A stretch of DNA of 64,000 nt from Bacteroidia bacterium (GTDB lineage: Bacteria; Bacteroidota; Bacteroidia; Bacteroidales; VadinHA17): positions 1-64,000 of the forward strand of contig JAPLDX010000060.1 of NCBI GenBank assembly GCA_026391215.1, written 5' to 3'. The translations under genes and the position numbers were made by a program. Below, one piece after another: positions 1-13,077 of the stretch. How positions within the stretch are numbered: the first letter of the stretch is position 1; each line of letters opens with the position of its first letter. Under the pieces are notes generated by a model. The model did not search any database. It was not told the DNA's origin and saw nothing but the letters and a program-made list of their open reading frames with translations.

Positions 1-11
1 TATATGACGCA

Positions 12-218
12 GTCATTCCTGAATATGCCTGGGAAGGCGCAGCGGAATGGGGAACCTCCTCATTTTAAACCAATTATTATGACGGTATATTGAACAGATC
101 TTTGGACACTCATGATAAGGGAGGAATGAGGAATCTCCCCGTTGTGCATAAATCATTTTCTTTAAATAATCCTGTCATTAAGAATGCCACCGACGCAGAA
201 GTAGGATAGGGAACCTCC
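12..218. repeat. Degenerate REP-like elements (GTCATTCC...GAGGAATCTC family)
   Basis: gtcattcctgaat...atggggaacctcct (12-60), atgaggaatctcc (~126-138) and tgtcattaagaat...gggaacctcc (173-218) resemble the cleaner copies at 3189-3343. Confidence 0.5.
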
Positions 219-226
219 GGCGCTAC

Positions 227-3046
227 TTATTTGCTTAACAACACGGGTTTCCCGAATCCTATCTTTTCAAGAGGCTTCATCTGGGTTGCAGCATCACCGA
301 CTACAATATAATACATCTTATCAGGCACAATGTACTTTTGAGTAATTGCCTTATGCTCTTCAATAGTCATGTTCCTGATTATGTTCTCCTCTTTCTTGAT
401 ATAATCGGGGCTGAATCCGTATTTGGTCATTGTGGAGAGCATTCCAAGACGATCGCCGTTAGTCTCAAAACGAGTTGCATTTGACCTGATCATACAGTTC
501 TTTATGAACTGGAGATCCTCCGCTGAAACACCTTCCCGGTATTTCTCCATCTCTTCCTTAAAAATCTTTATGGATTCAAATGTTGCGTCTGATCTTACAG
601 CTGAACCTGTGTTGAACGGGGCAATGGTTTTCAGTTCATTGAAGTAGCTTGAAGCGCCGTAGGTGAATCCTTTTTCTTCACGAAGTATCTGGTTTAAGAT
701 GCTTGTGAAAGCTCCGCCAAGCCGGTAGTTGATGAATTCAGCTTTTATATAATCAGGATTATCCCGCTTTATTGCAGGATATCCGATCTGGATCACCGAT
801 TGTCTTGAGCCTGGAATATCGACAAAATATATTACAGACTTTTCCGGTACAACTGGTTCAGGATACTTGTTCATTGTGACCTCTTTGGTCTTCCATTCCA
901 GTTCAAAAGGTTTAAGTGCGGCAAGCGCCTCTTCCTGTGAAACATTTCCTACGACAAGTATCCTTGCAAGAGAGGGTGAAAGGTTTTTATTATAATATGA
1001 TTTCAGATCCTCCAGAGTGATCTTGTCAACAGATTCTTTTGTCCCTCGTGAGTTATAACCGAAGATGTGGTCCTTTCCATATAGCAATTTATAGAATACT
1101 TGCCTGGCCACAGCTCTTGGCTGGGCTTCATCCTGGATAATGCTGTTCTTTGCACTTGTAAGCGCAATGTTGAATTCTGTTGAATCCCACCTCGGTTCGA
1201 GCAGTATCTCTTCCATCAGGGCGACCGTTTTCCCAAAATTCCTTGACAACATGCTGACATTCAAAGACATATCTTCGCGGGAAGCCCATGCGTTAATACT
1301 AGATCCAAGAAGCTTAATTTCTTCTTCAAGATCCTCAGGAGTTTTATTTTTTGTTCCCTGGGTAAGTACGTTGGCCGTTAAGGCAGCAACTCCGGGCAGG
1401 GTGATGTTGTCCTGGAGTATACCGCCATCAATTACAAGGCTCATATCAACTAGCGGTAATTCTTTGTTCTGAATTCCATATACTTTAATTCCATTTGAAA
1501 GCTCTGCTTTCCATACTTCAGGAACATTGACCGCAGGCTCTTCTCCAACACCGGGTTCAGCTGTGCGATCGATCAATGAAGTAGTCTTTACTATCTGATC
1601 ATCGCTTTTTTCTTCTATCTCTACCTGTGAGGCTTCACTAATATTCTCCTCCTTCACACCTGCAGGGACCGAATTATCGGCAACCATCTCAAGCTGTCCC
1701 TTAGGGACAAAACTGGTCACAATATGCGGTTTGTCTTTGATATACTGATTATAAACCCGCATGACATCATCAAGCGTCACTGCTTTGATGTTCTCAATAT
1801 CCTTTTCAATGAATCCCGGATCATTGAGGAAAGTATTGTAGAATGCAAGCTGTAATCCTTTATAGAACACGCTGTTGATCCTGTTATAGAAATTCACTTC
1901 ACTGAGAGCCTTGACTCTCTCCACATCCTTTTCTGTGATACCTTCTTTCTCAAAACGGGCGAAAGCTTCAAATACTGCATCTTCAATTTCCTTAAGTGCT
2001 TTGCCTTCATTGGCCCGGATGGTGATTGTAAATTCACCCGTAAGCTCGGAGGAGGAATTATATGCATAAGCACTTGAAGTAAGCTGCTTTTCCTTTATCA
2101 GCACTTTATACAAAGGTGCTTTTTTGCCGTCGGCAAGTATCCGGCCAAGGAAATCGAGGGCATAGGCATCCTTGCTATATGCTTCCGGAACCGGCCATAC
2201 CATATTTATCTCCGGCACATTGGCGAAATTATCTTCATGATAAAGCTTCTTTGTTTCTGCAAGTGTTACAGGCATGGTGGTGCGGGGAGCAACCTCTCCG
2301 TGTGACTTTATCTCTCCAAAGTATTTATCAATCAGTAATTTAACCGAATCCGGATTGAAATCTCCTGCAAGCACAAGGGTTGCATTGTTTGGCCCGTAGA
2401 AATTTCCGTAATATGTTCTGACATCATCAAGACTGGCATTCTTGAGGTCTTCCATCTCCCCGATGACATCCCATCTGTAGGGATGGCCTTCCGGGTAGAG
2501 ATTTTTGCAGATAACATCCGTGGTAAAACCATATGGGGTATTGTCAAAGCCCTGTCTTTTCTCATTCTGAACAACGTTCTGCTGAATGGCAAGAAGGCGC
2601 GGAGTCACTGAATTGATGAAAAATCCCATCCTGTCAGATTCCAGCCAGAGCACTTTTTCGAGGGCATTTTTCGGGAACATCTCAAAATAGGTTGTTACAT
2701 CGCGGCTGGTAAATCCGTTATTTGATCCGCCCACTCCTTCAATAATAAGGTCAAATACACCAGGTGCTACATTTTCGGAACCGCCGAAAAGAAGATGCTC
2801 AAAAAGATGTGCGAAGCCTGTCTTCCCGGGGATCTCGCGGCTTGAACCTACATGGTACATTATGGCATAAGATACCATAGGATCGGAATGATCGGTATGA
2901 AGGATAACCTGCAAACCGTTTGGCATTACATACTTTTCGTATTCGATCTGAAGCTTATCAGCTATTGGAGCCTTCTTACATGAGATTATCGCCAGCAGAA
3001 GAAGTGCCGTAAGAATCAGGTTGTTTATCGCGAAGAACTTTTTCAT
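227..3046 (-). CDS. M16 family zinc protease (pitrilysin-like), probable lipoprotein
   Basis: HLFEH (HXXEH) motif; two M16/M16_C halves; IIS-C lipobox; MKKFF start at 3046 preferred over 3121. Confidence 0.92.
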   Translation of the reverse strand: MKKFFAINNLILTALLLLAIISCKKAPIADKLQIEYEKYVMPNGLQVILHTDHSDPMVSYAIMYHVGSSREIPGKTGFAHLFEHLLFGGSENVAPGVFDLIIEGVGGSNNGFTSRDVTTYFEMFPKNALEKVLWLESDRMGFFINSVTPRLLAIQQNVVQNEKRQGFDNTPYGFTTDVICKNLYPEGHPYRWDVIGEMEDLKNASLDDVRTYYGNFYGPNNATLVLAGDFNPDSVKLLIDKYFGEIKSHGEVAPRTTMPVTLAETKKLYHEDNFANVPEINMVWPVPEAYSKDAYALDFLGRILADGKKAPLYKVLIKEKQLTSSAYAYNSSSELTGEFTITIRANEGKALKEIEDAVFEAFARFEKEGITEKDVERVKALSEVNFYNRINSVFYKGLQLAFYNTFLNDPGFIEKDIENIKAVTLDDVMRVYNQYIKDKPHIVTSFVPKGQLEMVADNSVPAGVKEENISEASQVEIEEKSDDQIVKTTSLIDRTAEPGVGEEPAVNVPEVWKAELSNGIKVYGIQNKELPLVDMSLVIDGGILQDNITLPGVAALTANVLTQGTKNKTPEDLEEEIKLLGSSINAWASREDMSLNVSMLSRNFGKTVALMEEILLEPRWDSTEFNIALTSAKNSIIQDEAQPRAVARQVFYKLLYGKDHIFGYNSRGTKESVDKITLEDLKSYYNKNLSPSLARILVVGNVSQEEALAALKPFELEWKTKEVTMNKYPEPVVPEKSVIYFVDIPGSRQSVIQIGYPAIKRDNPDYIKAEFINYRLGGAFTSILNQILREEKGFTYGASSYFNELKTIAPFNTGSAVRSDATFESIKIFKEEMEKYREGVSAEDLQFIKNCMIRSNATRFETNGDRLGMLSTMTKYGFSPDYIKKEENIIRNMTIEEHKAITQKYIVPDKMYYIVVGDAATQMKPLEKIGFGKPVLLSK

Positions 3047-3188
3047 TTGCATAGATTTAAGGTTGGCTTTTATCTTTAAATAATGAAATGCTAAATTATG
3101 AAATAATATGATACTCACCAATCCCCTTGAAGAGGGGCACTATTCTTTATACACAAGTATTTAAATAATATTATAGTATTGATATTCA

Positions 3189-3343
3189 GGAGATTCCTCA
3201 CTTCGTTCGGAATGACAAGGCGAATAAGGGAGGTATGGGAGGAGCGGCAATTGCTGAGGCAAATCGCCGCTCCTCCTCCCCCCCAAAAAAGAATTCTGTC
3301 ATTCCGAATGGAGCCGACGAAGGAGGCGTAATGAGGAATCTCC
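3189..3343. repeat. Composite REP-like inverted repeat with internal GC-rich hairpin
   Basis: GGAGATTCCTCACTTCGTTCGGAATGACA (3189-3217) is inverted relative to TGTCATTCCGAA...TGAGGAATCTCC (3297-3343); internal hairpin GGAGGAGCGGC...GCCGCTCCTCC at 3238-3276. Confidence 0.75.
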
Positions 3344-3432
3344 TTCTTCTGATAAGAGTATTAATAATGATGTGTATAAAACGTTACAGGATGGTGATTA
3401 TTATGAAGCTTTTTATTACTTTTCAATTCTAA

Positions 3433-7063
<3,631 letters not shown>

Positions 7064-7119
7064 AATACCAGGCATCATGTTTTCCTATCCATATTATAAA
7101 AGTATCCACTGAAAAGCGT

Positions 7120-7172
7120 CATCCGTTAATCAGAAACTGCAATCCGTAAAACGGGATGTGCATTTGTTTAAC
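7120..7172 (+). promoter_or_regulatory. Candidate LytTR-binding direct repeats upstream of the LytS kinase
   Basis: ATCCGTTAA (7121) and ATCCGTAAA (7142), 21-bp period; a near-identical motif occurs at 10697-10715 on the minus strand. Confidence 0.55.
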
Positions 7173-7239
7173 GAAAAGTGTAAATTAATGCAATAAAAAC
7201 TGACCTGATCGAGTGTTTTTAGTAAAAATGGGAATTGAT

Positions 7240-9183
7240 ATGAAAGCTTTTAGATTCACACTGATTTTAAGCCTGATGCTGAATTTCTGTCTGACGGCCG
7301 GAAATGCCCAGTCCGTATATTCAACAATAAGGATGAAGCTCCCTTCCATTTCACAGGCTGATACTTCAAGGGTCAAATCCCTTGCCCGGGCAGGAATTAA
7401 ATACATTTCTTCAAAATCTCCAAAGCTGAAAGAAACCAAGGCATGTATTGACACTGCACTATATATCTGTGAGAAGGAAGATATTGAGATACCTGCCATC
7501 CTTCATCTTCTTATGGCTGAATACAATATGTTAACTGGTGATTATCTGAATGCTTCGGGAGAGGCAACACTTGCCATGGAAAAGGCTGAAAAGAACGGAG
7601 AGAATGAGATACTTGTCAGAACCCTCTTCTTTCTCGGGGGATATTATTCAAGAACAGGATTTTTTAAAGAGAGTGTGGCAAATTATTCCGAAGGTATTGC
7701 CCTGGCAAAGGAAAAAGGACTTAAAGGGATTACTCAGAAAGGGTATTCAGCACTGGCAGCTGTTTATAATGACATAAATGACCTGAAAGCAAATGAGGAA
7801 ACCCTGTGGAACCTGATCGAACAATCGAAAGAAGAGAAGGATTCCGCGCACCTGGCGATAGGATTATATCTTCTGGGATCTCTGAAAGTGGAAAGGAGCC
7901 GGGATTTCAAGATGGCTGATTCACTGCTGAAAGAATCCTATACACTTTCCTCAGCAATAAAGGATACAGCTATTTTGGCCCGATCCCTGGCAAACATCGG
8001 ATACAATTACTATCTCGAAAGAGAATTTTCTTTAGGTATCGAGACCTATAAGAAATGTCTGAAATACGCCATTGCCGCAGGTGATGCTTCACTAATTGCA
8101 AATATTTACGGGAACATGGGCACTATTTATCGTGATATGGGTGACAGGGAGAAGTCGGTCAAGTTTTATACAAAGGCTATTGAATATGCAACAAAGATAA
8201 ACGATTGGTATAACCTTTACTGGATATACCAGGATATGAGCAAAATGTATCTTATAGCAAAAGATACAGCAAATGCTTTCAAGAATTACATTCTTTTCAA
8301 GAAGTACAGCGATTCGACTATTATAAAGAACAGGAACCGGTGGGTCTCGGAATCAAGTATAAAGTATAAGGTTGATACGCAGCAGAAGGAGGTTCAGTTG
8401 TTATCGCTTAAGCTGAAAAATCAAAGAACCCTCAGCTTAGCTTTTGGGATACTGGTGCCCCTTGCGCTGGCGATTGGATTATTATTATGGAGAGGTACCA
8501 AGCTCAAAAATAAACGGCGGATAAGCGAGATGAACCGTCAGATATCAGAGATCCAGCAGGCTAACCTGAGACAGCAGATGAACCCACATTTCATATTCAA
8601 TACTCTAAATTCAATACAATATTATATGTACCAGCACGATAAGCTGGCAACAAACAACTACCTCACCAAGTTTTCGAACCTGATGCGTAAGGTGCTCGAA
8701 AACTCACAGCATACATATATTCCTCTCACTGACGAACTTAACGCCCTGACTCTCTACCTGGAGCTTGAAAGCATAAGGTTTAAGGATAAATTCGATTACG
8801 AGATCATAGTTGATGAAGAGATAGACCCTCTGATGTACAAGGTGCCGACGATGCTAATCCAGCCTTATGTGGAAAATTCAATTTGCCACGGATTGATGCC
8901 TATGGAGACCAAGGGAAAAGTCAAAATTGACATTAAGCTTGTAAATGATTATCTTACATGCACAATTGAAGACAATGGGGTCGGGCGTGACGCAGCGCGC
9001 GAGAGGAAAACGGAAAAGGAGGGCAACCATAACTCCCTTGGGACAAGGATTGCATCTTCAAGGCTTGAGCTCGTCAACGCGCTTTACGGATCATGTCTGA
9101 AAACAACTTATACCGACCTGAAGGATCCTGATGGAAGACCTGCAGGTACCAGGGTGGAAATGCAAATTCCGGTAATAACATGA
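7240..9183 (+). CDS. LytS-family sensor histidine kinase with periplasmic TPR repeats
   Basis: QMNPHFIFNTLNSI H-box; QPYVENSICHG; IEDNGVG; TM helix; TPR-like helices; start could be 7228. Confidence 0.93.
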   Translation: MKAFRFTLILSLMLNFCLTAGNAQSVYSTIRMKLPSISQADTSRVKSLARAGIKYISSKSPKLKETKACIDTALYICEKEDIEIPAILHLLMAEYNMLTGDYLNASGEATLAMEKAEKNGENEILVRTLFFLGGYYSRTGFFKESVANYSEGIALAKEKGLKGITQKGYSALAAVYNDINDLKANEETLWNLIEQSKEEKDSAHLAIGLYLLGSLKVERSRDFKMADSLLKESYTLSSAIKDTAILARSLANIGYNYYLEREFSLGIETYKKCLKYAIAAGDASLIANIYGNMGTIYRDMGDREKSVKFYTKAIEYATKINDWYNLYWIYQDMSKMYLIAKDTANAFKNYILFKKYSDSTIIKNRNRWVSESSIKYKVDTQQKEVQLLSLKLKNQRTLSLAFGILVPLALAIGLLLWRGTKLKNKRRISEMNRQISEIQQANLRQQMNPHFIFNTLNSIQYYMYQHDKLATNNYLTKFSNLMRKVLENSQHTYIPLTDELNALTLYLELESIRFKDKFDYEIIVDEEIDPLMYKVPTMLIQPYVENSICHGLMPMETKGKVKIDIKLVNDYLTCTIEDNGVGRDAARERKTEKEGNHNSLGTRIASSRLELVNALYGSCLKTTYTDLKDPDGRPAGTRVEMQIPVIT

Positions 9184-9944
9184 ACAAGAAATTAAAAACT
9201 GTCATAATAGATGACGAGAATGATGCGGTAGACTTCATTTTCTCCATAATCGGGGAATATTGTCCCGGTCTGGAAGTATGCGGTAAAGCATATGACGTTA
9301 AGGAAGGTGTACAGGTTATTAAGGATCTGAAGCCCGACCTGGTTTTCCTCGATGTTGAGATGCCGCATGGGACAGGATTTGATCTCCTGACCTATTTCCC
9401 TGATAAGGAATTCGATGTCGTATTTATAACGGCATTCAATCATTATGCTATCAAGGCGATCAAGTTCAGCGCTGTGGATTACATACTTAAGCCGATAAAT
9501 ATCAATGAGTTCATCGAGGCGGTGAATAAGGTGATGCAAAAACGGGCCGACAGTATGTTCAGGGGAAATGAGAATATAAAGGCGCTTCTTGAGAACCTTA
9601 AAACGGGGATTCCTTCCCGTCTTGCCATTCCAACTTCCGATGGCATGGAATATCTTAATCCCAAGGACATTATCCGTATAGAGGCAGACCGGAGCTATTC
9701 ATGGTTCTTTATTACCGGCAACCGGAAGATACTTGTATCAAAAAACCTCAAGGAGTTCCAGGACCTGCTCAGCGACCGTCACTTTTTCAGACCGCATAAT
9801 TCATACCTCATCAACCTTAAATACGTAAAGAAATATGTCCGCAAGGAGGGAGGATACATTGAAATGCAGGATGGCTCTGAGATCCCTATCTCAAGAAACA
9901 GGAAGGATCTGTTCCTGGTTCATATGTCAAGATTCAAGGGTTGA
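9180..9944 (+). CDS. LytTR family response regulator
   Basis: Receiver (IIDDE, FLDVEMP, DYILKP) plus LytTR domain (FFRPHNSYLINL); 4-bp overlap with the kinase. Confidence 0.95.
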   Translation: MNKKLKTVIIDDENDAVDFIFSIIGEYCPGLEVCGKAYDVKEGVQVIKDLKPDLVFLDVEMPHGTGFDLLTYFPDKEFDVVFITAFNHYAIKAIKFSAVDYILKPININEFIEAVNKVMQKRADSMFRGNENIKALLENLKTGIPSRLAIPTSDGMEYLNPKDIIRIEADRSYSWFFITGNRKILVSKNLKEFQDLLSDRHFFRPHNSYLINLKYVKKYVRKEGGYIEMQDGSEIPISRNRKDLFLVHMSRFKG

Positions 9945-9986
9945 GTTATCAAAATGCCTTTGGCCGGGGGACCGGGGCAAAACAAG

Positions 9987-10015
9987 AAGGGGCTTTCTGA
10001 CTGAAGGCCCCTTTT
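9987..10015. terminator. Probable bidirectional intrinsic terminator
   Basis: AAGGGGCTTTC-TGACT-GAAGGCCCCTTTT hairpin between convergent genes. Confidence 0.7.
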
Positions 10016-10067
10016 CGCGTTAATTATACTAAAACTAAAACCGAGGGAAGAGCGTGAAGAATGCTCT

Positions 10068-10556
10068 TCATTTTACTGCCAGAACTTCTTCAGTGTTTTT
10101 GAAGAGGAAAGGAAAATAGGCAGCAATAAGTTTTGTGTTTTCAAGATCGTTGCTGGCGACACCGCTTGAAAGCACTTTCTGGTGGTAATACGCGTAGTTG
10201 TCAAGGTCGTCATTGGAAGTTTGGAATCCTTCCTTTTCAAGCTTTTTGTCAAGCCTTTCCACACCAAAATAATGACCGTTGCAGACATACTGTACCGACA
10301 GCTGATTGGTCAGCACATAGTACTTCTTGCAATTGAGCGTTTTTTCAACTGCAATGGTGGTCTTCAAACCGGTATTCTCATAAGTGATGGTGAACGCCTT
10401 GAGCTCTTTCCCGTTGATCATCACGGGATTGTCGATTGACTCGATTTTGTAATCTCCCAGAACTGAATGTGTTTTCCCTTCTGCAACAACTTTTGTTGCA
10501 AAAGAAGCAGTACAGAATGCGATGACGAGTACTGCTGCTGTGATTAATCTTTTCAT
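10068..10556 (-). CDS. Secreted hypothetical protein
   Basis: 162-aa ORF with Sec signal peptide (ASFA cleavage); no recognisable domain. Confidence 0.8.
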   Translation of the reverse strand: MKRLITAAVLVIAFCTASFATKVVAEGKTHSVLGDYKIESIDNPVMINGKELKAFTITYENTGLKTTIAVEKTLNCKKYYVLTNQLSVQYVCNGHYFGVERLDKKLEKEGFQTSNDDLDNYAYYHQKVLSSGVASNDLENTKLIAAYFPFLFKNTEEVLAVK

Positions 10557-10679
10557 GGCTTAATAAATAATTAATTAGTACTTTAGAATTCTTTTTACTG
10601 TCCTTGTATTGATTTTTATCTTCATAATCATATCATTACGAGATCTAAATTATACAATGCATTCATACATAAAAGTGCT

Positions 10680-10715
10680 GGTTTCCGGAATGTGATTCCC
10701 GGTTAACGGATTGCA
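10680..10715 (-). promoter_or_regulatory. Candidate LytTR-binding direct repeats
   Basis: Minus strand AATCCGTTAACC and ATTCCGGAAACC, 21-bp period; 17/19 match to 7138-7156. Confidence 0.55.
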
Positions 10716-10754
10716 GAAAACAGCGTTCAGGAAGGAGAAAGGAATGATTTTTCC

Positions 10755-11783
10755 CTACAGACTGATAAGATAAATGTCAAAATAATCCCTTATATATGCA
10801 ATGCGGGTATCGTCAGGGGAGAATGTGACGGTGCCTTCATAAACGTAATCTCTTTCCAGGTCGATTATTGTTTTGGCAGAAGTATCTGTATTTATTATGT
10901 GAAGGAAATAATGAGAGCCAACAATCCCGGAAGCCAGGGCTGGTTCTTCCGCAACAACATAGGCCAGCATTTTACCCGAGGGTGACAGTACATAGGAATG
11001 ACCATAATCAAGAGTTTCAGAGAGATTAAGCTTTACTCCGGTTTTTATATTCAGGATATCAATACCTGAATATGAGCCACGGAAACCATATACTTCATTG
11101 TCAATCCAGAAGAATCTGAAAAGGTCATAATAATAGTTAGTTACCGGCAAGGATGTCAGCTGGCCTGTCCCGGTATCATATATTGAAAAAAAATTGTTAG
11201 AAGAGCCTTCATCAAATGAGCGGAGAAGCATCTGGCTTCCGTCGGGCGAAATGGCGGCTGGCATATAGAGGCTCTCACCATTAATTGCCGTTTCTGTGCC
11301 AGTTTCAAGGTCATAAAGAATTGTCTTGTAGGTAAAGGTCGTATCTGTCGTGAATGTTCTCGTGAAGGCAATATATTTTCTTGAAAATACAGGTGTCTGC
11401 ATTGAATCAATGATCAGCTGAGGAGCTGAACCTGAGACATTCACTGAATAGAGTTTAACATTATTGTATTCAGCATCATTGAAATAGAAGATCTTACTGT
11501 CTTTCTGGAATATACTGTTGCCGTAGTTCGTTGCTATGTCAGCAATCTTCCTCGAGTTCTTTGTATTGATGTCAATGACGTAGAGAGGCTTGTTGTAGTA
11601 GCCGGTTTCAACAGTATAGAAAACCTCATCAGATGATTCAGACCAGAATAAGGAACCCATCTGGTCATCTGACGAATACAATAATCTCCCATAATCCTCT
11701 TCCTTTTCACATGAGGTAAGGGAAAGCAACAGAGTTATTATTACAAATCCGGCTTTTCTTTTTAATATTGATAAATGCTTCAT
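10755..11783 (-). CDS. TolB-like/PD40 beta-propeller lipoprotein
   Basis: LTS-C lipobox; ISPDG, LSPSG and FSPDD blade motifs. Confidence 0.75.
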   Translation of the reverse strand: MKHLSILKRKAGFVIITLLLSLTSCEKEEDYGRLLYSSDDQMGSLFWSESSDEVFYTVETGYYNKPLYVIDINTKNSRKIADIATNYGNSIFQKDSKIFYFNDAEYNNVKLYSVNVSGSAPQLIIDSMQTPVFSRKYIAFTRTFTTDTTFTYKTILYDLETGTETAINGESLYMPAAISPDGSQMLLRSFDEGSSNNFFSIYDTGTGQLTSLPVTNYYYDLFRFFWIDNEVYGFRGSYSGIDILNIKTGVKLNLSETLDYGHSYVLSPSGKMLAYVVAEEPALASGIVGSHYFLHIINTDTSAKTIIDLERDYVYEGTVTFSPDDTRIAYIRDYFDIYLISL

Positions 11784-11948
11784 AGAGGCGGCATTTAATT
11801 ATAAGCAAGTTACGAATCAAAATAATAAAAATCAATTTTCCCTTTTCATATAAGCTATCGATTATAATTTTAAATTAATTTTACCCGTTTTACAGAACCG
11901 GCATATCCGGTTACTTTTAAGTATATTGCAAATCTTATTTTAAAGGTC

Positions 11949-13067
11949 ATGAAAAATAAAGGCAGAATAAGTATTTGTTCATTGGTTACAGCAGGATTAG
12001 CTTTATTACTGACGTGCAGTTGTGAGAAAACCAAGGATCCCACTATCACAGGCATTGCGGCAGGATACGGTCATTCACTGTTGTTGAAATCAGACGGCTC
12101 GTTATGGGGATGGGGTTATAATAACTCTTACCAGATGGGCGACGGCACATTAGACAACAGGAGCACCCCGATGCAGCTGGGGACAGGTTATAGAAATTTT
12201 TCTGCGGGAGGAGGCCATACACTTGCTTTAAAAACCGATGGTACGCTCTGGGCATGGGGAGCCAATGTTGACGGTCAGGTGGGCGACGGAACATACGAAA
12301 ACAAAAGTACACCCATACAGATAGGGACAGGTTTTGAAAAGTTCACTGCAGGTTTTGGTTATTCGCTGGCTCTCAAATCAGACGGCTCACTTTATGTCTG
12401 GGGAGACAATAATTTCTACCAGCTGGGCGATGGCACCAGGATTGACAGGACAACACCGGTGAAAACAGGCACGGACTATGCTGCAGTTTCAGCCGGAGGT
12501 GCTAACTCCGTGGCACTGAAGAATGACTACACATTATGGACATGGGGATGGAATGGTGTAGGAACTCTCGATGATGACATAGAAGATGAAAACACAACAC
12601 CGGTACAGATCGGCGAAGGGTATGTAGCTATAGCTGCAGGGTATAATCACTACCTCGCGCTGAAGCAGGACGGCACTCTCTGGGCATGGGGATATAATGA
12701 CTATGGCCAGGTGGGAGACGGAACATTCTTTGACAGGGCGACACCTGTACAGATAGGCTATGGCTTTATGGCTATCTCTGCAGGCTGGGCGCACTCAATG
12801 GCTCTGAGATCTGACGGAACTCTCTGGACCTGGGGATGGAATGCCAGCGGCCAGCTGGGTGATGGTACTGTTGCTGATAAAATGACTCCGGCAATGATTG
12901 GCACGGGCTATAAAATAATAGCAGCAGGCGGCTCTCATTCCATGGCTGTGAAAAACAACGGCACGCTCTGGACATGGGGAGAGAACCAGGGAGGCCAGCT
13001 TGGCAACGGCAACACATCGGATGTATACTCACCCGCACAGATAGATATCACTCCGGATATCGAATAA
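11949..13067 (+). CDS. RCC1/BLIP-II repeat lipoprotein
   Basis: Seven H-LALK-DGTLWxWGxNxxGQLGDG repeats; lipobox Cys. Confidence 0.92.
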   Translation: MKNKGRISICSLVTAGLALLLTCSCEKTKDPTITGIAAGYGHSLLLKSDGSLWGWGYNNSYQMGDGTLDNRSTPMQLGTGYRNFSAGGGHTLALKTDGTLWAWGANVDGQVGDGTYENKSTPIQIGTGFEKFTAGFGYSLALKSDGSLYVWGDNNFYQLGDGTRIDRTTPVKTGTDYAAVSAGGANSVALKNDYTLWTWGWNGVGTLDDDIEDENTTPVQIGEGYVAIAAGYNHYLALKQDGTLWAWGYNDYGQVGDGTFFDRATPVQIGYGFMAISAGWAHSMALRSDGTLWTWGWNASGQLGDGTVADKMTPAMIGTGYKIIAAGGSHSMAVKNNGTLWTWGENQGGQLGNGNTSDVYSPAQIDITPDIE

Positions 13068-13077
13068 ACTGTATTTC

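Noticed and set aside
3235-3432. 65-aa ORF
   Set aside because: It runs through the REP-like element and has no protein features
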